Below are positions 1-6,599 of a stretch of DNA of 27,420 nucleotides, one piece after another. Source of the DNA: a virus (Duplodnaviria > Caudoviricetes). The number at the start of each line of letters is the position of its first letter. The first letter of the stretch is position 1. Location of the stretch: the IMG/VR virus record IMGVR_UViG_3300033076_000527, positions 1-27,420 of that record. One strand, 5' to 3'. A model generated the notes under the pieces. That model saw only the letters and a list, made by a program, of their open reading frames with translations. It did no database searches and was not told the origin of the DNA. The position numbers and the translations under genes were made by a program.

Positions 1-1
1 G

Positions 2-1837
2 ATGGACATACTGACTGTTGACTTTGAGACGTACTACGACAAAGATTACTCTTTGTCGAAGATGCAGACTGATGCGTACATCAACGATGACCGCTTTGAA
101 GTTATCGGCGTGGCCGTCATCAAGAATGATGAAGACGCTGTGTGGTTCAGCGGTAGCGAGGAAGACACGCTGCACTGGCTGTGGGGCAACTACGACTGGG
201 CGAACTCTGCTGTGCGATGCCACAACACTTTGTTCGATGGCTACATCCTGACGCAGCGCTTTGGCATCCGCCCTAAGCTGTGGATGGACACACTCGGCCA
301 AGGCCGTATGCTGTTGCCGTTCCTGCAATACCACTCACTGGCTAACTTGGCCAAGCAGTATGCGTTCCCTGACAAGGGCACTGCTGTTGTGAAGGCAATG
401 GGCAAACGCCGTGAGGACTTTAATCCCATGGAATTAGCTGAGTACGCTGACTACTGCAAACACGACACGTGGCTGTGCAAAGAGCTGGGCAAGAAGTTCG
501 ACCCATTCACACCACCGCTGGCGATGCGTTTGATCGACATGACCATCCGCATGTTCACCGAGCCGATGTTGGTGGGCGACCAAGCCAAGATGAAACAACT
601 CTATGACGAGGAGCTTCTGCGCAAAGACCAGCTGTTGAAGGCTGCCGATGTAGACCGCACCATCATCATGTCCAACGACAAATTCGCTGCACGCTTGCTT
701 GAGCTCGGTGTAACACCGCCTCGCAAGACCAGCAACACAACAGGTAAAGAGACCTATGCTTTTGCCAAATCAGACAAAGCCTTCACCGACCTCTTGGAGT
801 CCGACGATGCAGACGTACAGGCGTTGGTTGCGGCTCGCTTGGGCGTCAAGACGACAATCGCAGAAACCCGCGCACTGAAGTTTCTCGAAACTGCACAGCG
901 TGGCCCACTGCCCGTGTACCTCAATTTCTGGGGCGCTAAGACCACTGGCCGCTACTCTGGTGGCAACTCCATCAACTGGCAAAACATCCCTGCGCGTGGC
1001 CCGTCTGCTGGCTTGCGTGATGCGTTGCTGGCCCCCGAGGGTTACACCGTTCTCGTTGGTGACTCATCCAACATTGAACTCCGCACAGTGATGGCACTGG
1101 CTGGCCAAGACGATGTGTTACTCAAGCTGCGTGATGGCGTTGACCTGTACTGTGACTTCGCATCCAAGCTGTTCGGCCGCACGATTACGAAGGCTGACAA
1201 GGCCGAGCGTTTCTTGGGTAAGACCGCGATGTTGGGCTTGCAGTACGGTGCTGGTGCAGCGCGATTCCAAGAGATGGTTCGCCTCGCCAAGCGCACAGAC
1301 CCAAGCGTGGAGCTGATCGACTTAGACCGCGCTTACGCCATTGTTGACCTGTATCGCTCTGTGCACTACAAGGTCGTGGAGTTGTGGAAGCGCTGCGACA
1401 AAGTGATCTTGCCTGACATCGCCAACGGCTGCAGCATGCTCAACGTGGATGTGAATGGCTGGTTCGTGACCCAGTGGGATGGCTTTGGCCGCCCCGGCGA
1501 GCCGGGCGTCATGTATAACGACCTCAAGCATGACGGCAAGAACTGGACTTACACGATGGGCAAGATGCGGGTAAACCTGCACGGTGCGAAAGTTGTAGAA
1601 AATTTATCGCAACATGCCGCAATGCAGATCGTTATGTGGCAAACTGCACGTATCAATCAACGCTACCCAGTCAAGCTGTCCGTTCACGACGAAGCTGTTT
1701 GTGTGGTGAAGAATGAAGAACTTGATGAAGCCCGTGCGTATATGGAAGAGTGCCTTGCGATGACACCTAAGTGGTGTCGCAGCATCCCCGTGGCGTGCGA
1801 AACAGGAGTGGGGCCCAGCTATGGCGCTGCAAAGTAA
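2..1837 (+). CDS. polA: Phage DNA polymerase, family A (3'-5' exonuclease + polymerase, no 5'-3' exo domain)
   Basis: ExoI LTVDFETY, ExoII HNTLFDG, ExoIII YCKHD; TGRYSG; motif A GDSSNIELR; motif B RFLGKTAMLGLQYG; motif C SVHDE. The start is at the window edge, so the RBS is not visible. Confidence 0.95.
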   Translation: MDILTVDFETYYDKDYSLSKMQTDAYINDDRFEVIGVAVIKNDEDAVWFSGSEEDTLHWLWGNYDWANSAVRCHNTLFDGYILTQRFGIRPKLWMDTLGQGRMLLPFLQYHSLANLAKQYAFPDKGTAVVKAMGKRREDFNPMELAEYADYCKHDTWLCKELGKKFDPFTPPLAMRLIDMTIRMFTEPMLVGDQAKMKQLYDEELLRKDQLLKAADVDRTIIMSNDKFAARLLELGVTPPRKTSNTTGKETYAFAKSDKAFTDLLESDDADVQALVAARLGVKTTIAETRALKFLETAQRGPLPVYLNFWGAKTTGRYSGGNSINWQNIPARGPSAGLRDALLAPEGYTVLVGDSSNIELRTVMALAGQDDVLLKLRDGVDLYCDFASKLFGRTITKADKAERFLGKTAMLGLQYGAGAARFQEMVRLAKRTDPSVELIDLDRAYAIVDLYRSVHYKVVELWKRCDKVILPDIANGCSMLNVDVNGWFVTQWDGFGRPGEPGVMYNDLKHDGKNWTYTMGKMRVNLHGAKVVENLSQHAAMQIVMWQTARINQRYPVKLSVHDEAVCVVKNEELDEARAYMEECLAMTPKWCRSIPVACETGVGPSYGAAK

Positions 1838-2060
1838 AGACGACCCGAAGTGGTTTTACGCTGAAGCTATGCGACGACCAGATACGCTCGATATAAAACT
1901 GCGCGTAGCAGTACGCGGGCATGAAGGTTGGGTAAAAGTCATGGACTTGGACCAAAACATGTGGGAGACATCAAATCTACCAACGTGCCGCCAAGTGCTG
2001 GAAAACATTCAAGAGACCATCACACTCGAACTCGCTAAATTAACCTTGGAAGAACTATGA
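1821..2060 (+). CDS. Hypothetical phage protein (79 aa)
   Basis: Fills the gap between polA and the nuclease; AGGAG ~13 nt upstream; ATGA overlap with the next gene. Confidence 0.65.
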   Translation: MALQSKDDPKWFYAEAMRRPDTLDIKLRVAVRGHEGWVKVMDLDQNMWETSNLPTCRQVLENIQETITLELAKLTLEEL

Positions 2061-2776
2061 CCACACCAATGCCCCTGTCGTTCAGCCGACTATCTACCTT
2101 TGAGCAATGCCCTGCGCAGTTCGATTACCTCTACGTTTCCAAGCGCGTGCAGAGCACGATGAACGAAGCGTCTGAGTATGGCGACCGCGTGCACAAAGTT
2201 CTAGAAGCCTATGGCAACGCCATCGTTGCTGGTAGTGAGGCAGTGGCAGCTGCTGTAGCGCTTGAAGACACACTCGAAGCCAAGCAGTCGCTTGAACGCT
2301 GGGGCCCATTGGTTGAGAAGATCACATCACGCAATGGTGAGAAGTTGTTCGAGCACCAGATGGCAGTCAATCGTCAGCTGCAGCCCGTGGACTGGTTCGC
2401 CAAAGACGTGTGGATTCGCTCCATCGCTGACGTGCTGGTGATTGACGGTGACACTGCGTACTGCCTCGACTACAAGACTGGCAAGGTCAAAGAGAACCCA
2501 ACACAGCTGCAGTTGTTTGCAGCCATGGTCATGTGGCATTACCCACAAGTCAACACAGTGAAGACATCGTTCATTTGGCTCAAGTTCGACGAGGTGACAA
2601 ACGCCAAGTACGAGCGCCGTTTCCTCGACGCGCTGTGGCGCGGACTGGAGCCACGCTTTGACAAGGTGCAAGAGGTGATCGACCTCGGTGTGTTCGACAC
2701 TAAGCCAAGCGGCTTGTGCCCATGGTGCCCAGCCAAAGGTTTCTGCCCTGACGCACGACTGAAAGGCCGCCGATGA
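2057..2776 (+). CDS. PD-(D/E)xK RecB/Cas4-like exonuclease with probable 4Fe-4S cluster
   Basis: N-terminal SFSRLSTFEQCP, GDRVH, IADVL...LDYKTG, QLQLF, C-terminal CPWCPAKGFC (1+3 Cys arrangement). Confidence 0.9.
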   Translation: MTTPMPLSFSRLSTFEQCPAQFDYLYVSKRVQSTMNEASEYGDRVHKVLEAYGNAIVAGSEAVAAAVALEDTLEAKQSLERWGPLVEKITSRNGEKLFEHQMAVNRQLQPVDWFAKDVWIRSIADVLVIDGDTAYCLDYKTGKVKENPTQLQLFAAMVMWHYPQVNTVKTSFIWLKFDEVTNAKYERRFLDALWRGLEPRFDKVQEVIDLGVFDTKPSGLCPWCPAKGFCPDARLKGRR

Positions 2777-2976
2777 GTTGGATGAACATCATGGGCAAGA
2801 ACGCAGCAGGGCAACGCCTTGCACACGTAGTGCCCGTCGAAGACACCTATGAGCACGAGCTGGACATCACATGCTGGTGCCAGCCCGAGGTAGATGAAGA
2901 CAACGATAGGGTAGTTGTGCACAACGCACATGACCAACGTGAGCTGTACGAAACAGGCAAAAGGAAACTGATGTGA
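2773..2976 (+). CDS. Small His/Cys-rich hypothetical protein, possibly metal-binding
   Basis: ATGA/GTGA translational coupling on both sides; motif HVVPxxDxxxH...CWCxP...HNxxDxR. Confidence 0.7.
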   Translation: MSWMNIMGKNAAGQRLAHVVPVEDTYEHELDITCWCQPEVDEDNDRVVVHNAHDQRELYETGKRKLM

Positions 2977-3284
2977 AGAATGAAGGCGATGTCAAAAAAA
3001 TTGTTAAGCAAGTTCTCAAGGACACTGACAAGTGTTGGTGGTTTATGCCACCAGCTAATGGTTATGGTCGCTCTGGTATTCCTGACTTTGTTGGCTGGGT
3101 TAATGGCTGTCCATTTGCTGTTGAGACTAAGTTTGGAAAAGGTGTCACGACTGCTAACCAAAATCGTGAGATCAATGACGCGACGCATGCAGGTGGGCAA
3201 GTCTGGATTGTGAGAGAAACGAACGTAGACACATGGTGTATTGAGTTCAAAGCATGGGTGGCTTTAAATGCTGGTAATTCCTGA
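2973..3284 (+). CDS. VRR-NUC domain nuclease (Holliday junction resolvase-like)
   Basis: NEGDVK...GYGRSGIPDF...AVETK...TANQ...GG motifs; typical position just before an SNF2 helicase; GTG start. Confidence 0.88.
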   Translation: MKNEGDVKKIVKQVLKDTDKCWWFMPPANGYGRSGIPDFVGWVNGCPFAVETKFGKGVTTANQNREINDATHAGGQVWIVRETNVDTWCIEFKAWVALNAGNS

Positions 3285-4821
3285 TAAACGCAAGATCATC
3301 ATCAACAGCAACGAGAACGACGCTGTTGCACAGGTGATTCCACACGCGAAGAAGTTCACCCACAACGGTGAAGAGATGTTGGCCATGCCGTATGGCGTTG
3401 ATGAGGCCATGGTGCTGAAGAACCTCGGGTTCAATGTGCCAGCGCCCATCATGGAGTATTACAACTGGCCCGGTCGTTTCCAACCGATGGAGCACCAGAA
3501 AGGCACTGCGTCTTTCCTCACCATGCACAAACGTGCGTTGTGTTTGAACGCGCCGGGCACTGGTAAGTCCATCAGCTCTATCTGGGCTGCGGACTTCTTG
3601 CTTGATGAAGGCGTTGCACGCAAGGTGCTGATTGTGGCTCCGCTGTCTACCTTAAAGGTAGTGTGGGGTCGTGAGCTGAAACACCACTTGCCGCATCGCT
3701 CGTTCGTCATCTGCACTGGTACCAAGCAAAAGCGTTTAGACCTGATTAACACGCCCGGCGTGCAGTACGTCATCATCAACCATGACGGCTTTACGAACAT
3801 GGCCAGCGAGCTCAATGGATTCGACGTGGTGATCTACGACGAGGCTACAGCGCTCAAGTCACCAAGCTCTCAACGCTACAAGATATTCGCCAAGTGGATG
3901 CAGAAGCATCAGCCTTGGTTGTGGTTGTTGACTGGTACACCGATCTCGCAGACACCTGCTGACGCATGGACGCTGGCTCGCCTCGTTGACTCGGCTACAT
4001 GCCCAAAGAGTTTCACCACGTTCAAAGACTTGGTGATGCAGAAGGTGACGACGTTCCGCTGGATACCACGACCAGATGCGCTGGAGACGTGCCGCAAAGT
4101 ATTGCAGCCGTCGATTCGCTTCTCGCTAGATGAGTGCAAGGATTTGCCAGATACCAACTTCGTTGGCCGAAAGACCACGCTCACCAAGCAACAGGAAAAA
4201 GCGTTCAAGGAGATGAAAGACCAAGCGGTCACTGTGTTCGCTGGTGGTGAAGTTACTGCAGCCAACACTGCGGTGATGTTGAGTAAGCTGTTGCAGATTT
4301 GCTGCGGCGTGGTTTACGGCGACGACACTACGATTGCCATCGACGCTTCGGAGCGGTACAATACCCTCACGGAATTACTAACTGAGATCGGTGACAAAGC
4401 AATCATCTTCGTGCCATTGAAAGGCGTGCAGCAGCATTTACAACAGAAGCTCACTGCAGATGGTTTCGACGTTGCCATGGTGAACGGAGACACAAGCAAA
4501 AAAGATCGTGACCAAATCTTCAATGACTTTCAGCACACCGACCGCCCACAAATTTTGTTGGCCCACCCAAAGGTTGCTGCGCATGGACTGACATTGACAC
4601 GAGCAAAGGACATCATCTGGTACGCGCCCATCTACTCGCTTGAGATGTATGAGCAGGCCAATGCAAGGATTCGTCGGTTGACTACAACTGGCAAAACGTC
4701 TGTGTGGCACATCTGGGCCACCAGCTTCGAGGCAGAGCTATACCGCAGGCTCCGCGCGAAGAAAAACACACTCGCGGAATTTTTGAATTTGGTGCAAGGC
4801 ATCAACAGTGACGAGGAGTAA
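3268..4821 (+). CDS. SNF2-like superfamily 2 DNA helicase
   Basis: Q motif MEHQ, Walker A PGTGKS, IVAP, Walker B YDEAT, LTGTP, HGLTL, QANARIRR. Confidence 0.92.
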   Translation: MLVIPDKRKIIINSNENDAVAQVIPHAKKFTHNGEEMLAMPYGVDEAMVLKNLGFNVPAPIMEYYNWPGRFQPMEHQKGTASFLTMHKRALCLNAPGTGKSISSIWAADFLLDEGVARKVLIVAPLSTLKVVWGRELKHHLPHRSFVICTGTKQKRLDLINTPGVQYVIINHDGFTNMASELNGFDVVIYDEATALKSPSSQRYKIFAKWMQKHQPWLWLLTGTPISQTPADAWTLARLVDSATCPKSFTTFKDLVMQKVTTFRWIPRPDALETCRKVLQPSIRFSLDECKDLPDTNFVGRKTTLTKQQEKAFKEMKDQAVTVFAGGEVTAANTAVMLSKLLQICCGVVYGDDTTIAIDASERYNTLTELLTEIGDKAIIFVPLKGVQQHLQQKLTADGFDVAMVNGDTSKKDRDQIFNDFQHTDRPQILLAHPKVAAHGLTLTRAKDIIWYAPIYSLEMYEQANARIRRLTTTGKTSVWHIWATSFEAELYRRLRAKKNTLAEFLNLVQGINSDEE

Positions 4822-4824
4822 AAA

Positions 4825-5217
4825 TTGAACTATGAAATTGCAACAGAACGGTATCTGGCAGTCAGAAAAGAAGTTGACGATTTAGAGCGTGAACACAAAG
4901 CAGCTAAGGCTAAACTCACAGAGAAGCTGGTGGCGCTTGAAAACTGGATTACTGCTAAGGCACAAGAAGATGGTCTCGACACCATCAAGACAGCGGCTGG
5001 TACAGGTTACTGGTCAACGCACCACACAGCGACAGTGGGTTCTCGTGAAGAGTTCTTCCGCTTTTGCAAAGAGCACGATGCTTGGGATATGGTCGAGTCC
5101 CGCGCGTCGAAGACCGGAGTCAAGAGTTACATCGAGGCTAACGGCGCACCTCCACCCGGGGTGAATTTCTCATCGAACCGTGTTTTCAATTTGCGTAAAG
5201 CGCAAGCAAAGGACTAA
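4825..5217 (+). CDS. Phage replication-region coiled-coil protein (Gam/Gp157-like architecture, tentative)
   Basis: TTG start with strong GAGGAG RBS; N-terminal coiled coil, IKTAAGT, C-terminal PPPGV. Confidence 0.7.
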   Translation: MNYEIATERYLAVRKEVDDLEREHKAAKAKLTEKLVALENWITAKAQEDGLDTIKTAAGTGYWSTHHTATVGSREEFFRFCKEHDAWDMVESRASKTGVKSYIEANGAPPPGVNFSSNRVFNLRKAQAKD

Positions 5218-5221
5218 CTTA

Positions 5222-5602
5222 ATGACTGACAACGACGAAGAGTTTTTCAAGGCGTACAAAGAGCATATTGCCAGCGTGTGCCATGAAGTGAACCGCGCAT
5301 ACTGCCAAGCACTGGGTGACGACAGTCAACCTGCATGGGACGATGCACCAGACTGGCAAAAGCGCAGCGCCCTGATGGGTGTTGACTTGCACTTGTTCAA
5401 CGATGTGGGCCCAGAGGCCAGCCACGAAAGCTGGATGGCACAGAAGCTCGCTGAAGGCTGGGTGTACGGCGAGATCAAATCCGCTGCACTGAAGACCCAC
5501 CCCTGCATCACACCGTTTGAGCTGCTGCCCAAAGAGCAGAAAGCCAAAGACTTTATTTTCCGCGCAGTGGTTCACGCCATGCGTCCCCCCAAAGCTCAAT
5601 AA
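5222..5602 (+). CDS. RyR (ryanodine receptor repeat) domain protein, 126 aa
   Basis: SHESWMAQKLAEGWVYG...KTHPCITPFELLPKEQKAKD matches the RyR signature HxxWxxxKxxxGWxYG...KxHPxLxPyxxLxxxeKxkD. The start is moved to ATG 5222, which has AAGGA upstream. Confidence 0.88.
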   Translation: MTDNDEEFFKAYKEHIASVCHEVNRAYCQALGDDSQPAWDDAPDWQKRSALMGVDLHLFNDVGPEASHESWMAQKLAEGWVYGEIKSAALKTHPCITPFELLPKEQKAKDFIFRAVVHAMRPPKAQ

Positions 5603-5615
5603 CAGGAGAAACACC

Positions 5616-6545
5616 ATGAGCAATATCGCAACAGTCCCAGCACACATCGCAGCCCGTATCGCTGCCCGCCAACAAGCAGGCACTAAGTCTGCGGTCGCTT
5701 CGGCCATCGTCTCTGACGGCCCAAGTATTCCCCGCATCAGCATCCGTGCTGGCCGCTACCGCTTGAACGAAGACGGCGTTGAGACCACCGTAGGCGTGAC
5801 CCTTGACACCATCATCGTGGGCGCTAACCCACGTGTGTCCAAAGTGTTCTACGCCAAGGCGTTCGACGCATCCGCCGAGAACATCCGCCCTGATTGCTGG
5901 TCTAACGACGGCTTGAAGCCTGACGCATCTGTGACAGCACCTGTGCACACTGGCTGCGCTGACTGCCCACACAACGTGCTCGGCTCGAAGATTCTCCCCT
6001 CTGGTGCCAAGTCCAAGATGTGCGCCGACCAGCGTCACCTCGCTGTTGTGGCAGCTGCCGACCCTACCAAGGTCTACAGCTTGACCGTGCCAGTCAGCGG
6101 CATGAAAGCCCTGCGTGAATACTTCAAAGAGCTCGGCAACTACGGCATTGGCCCAGAAGAGGCTGTGACTGAGTTGGGCTTTGACGACCAAGCCAGCTTC
6201 CCCAAGATCACGTTCAAACAAAAAGGTTACGTGCCAGAAAAGGCAATCGCCCGTGTTGACGCGCTGATCGACAGTGACCCTGTGAAGGTGGCAACTCGCC
6301 AAATCGCACCACAAGCTGCTGGCCCAGCCCTCGCAGCACCAGCTGCCAAGGCCGCTATCGCAGCTCCTGCGGCAGCACCAGCCAAGCCAGTTGTGGACGA
6401 AGCCTATGAAGATGAAACTGCGGGTAACACCACAGTTGAAGCTGAAGTCATCCAGCCCAAGGCTGTAGCTGCCAAGCCAACCGTTGCGCCTGTAAAAGCG
6501 TCTGACGAATTGGCTGCGAAGCTCGACTCACTGTTCGACGAGTAA
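5616..6545 (+). CDS. Putative single-stranded DNA-binding/annealing protein with Zn-binding cysteines, 309 aa
   Basis: AGGAG RBS before ATG 5616; C..CxxC..C cluster (PDCWS, CADCPHN, KMCAD); Ala/Pro linker and acidic tail LDSLFDE as in phage SSBs; lies between helicase and primase. Confidence 0.65.
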   Translation: MSNIATVPAHIAARIAARQQAGTKSAVASAIVSDGPSIPRISIRAGRYRLNEDGVETTVGVTLDTIIVGANPRVSKVFYAKAFDASAENIRPDCWSNDGLKPDASVTAPVHTGCADCPHNVLGSKILPSGAKSKMCADQRHLAVVAAADPTKVYSLTVPVSGMKALREYFKELGNYGIGPEEAVTELGFDDQASFPKITFKQKGYVPEKAIARVDALIDSDPVKVATRQIAPQAAGPALAAPAAKAAIAAPAAAPAKPVVDEAYEDETAGNTTVEAEVIQPKAVAAKPTVAPVKASDELAAKLDSLFDE

Positions 6546-6563
6546 TAGAATCTCGGAACGGCT

Positions 6564-6588
6564 CCCCCGACTACGGTCGGGGGTTTTT
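6564..6588 (+). terminator. Rho-independent terminator
   Basis: Perfect 8-bp stem CCCCCGAC / GTCGGGGG with a UACG (UNCG) tetraloop, followed by TTTTT, 18 nt after the SSB stop. Confidence 0.85.
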
Positions 6589-6599
6589 CATCTAGGGGC

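Noticed and set aside
2057-2776. Cas4-like gene as a sign of CRISPR-Cas
   Set aside because: No array or other cas genes were seen; solo Cas4-like nucleases are ordinary in phage replication modules.
5553-6314. 253-aa minus-strand ORF opposite the SSB-like gene
   Set aside because: Shadow ORF; the plus-strand gene has an RBS and coherent motifs.
6324-6354. 31-nt near-match (4 mismatches) to the reverse complement of 26909-26939
   Set aside because: Both encode low-complexity PAxAAPAAKA linkers, so convergence is more likely than a functional inverted repeat.
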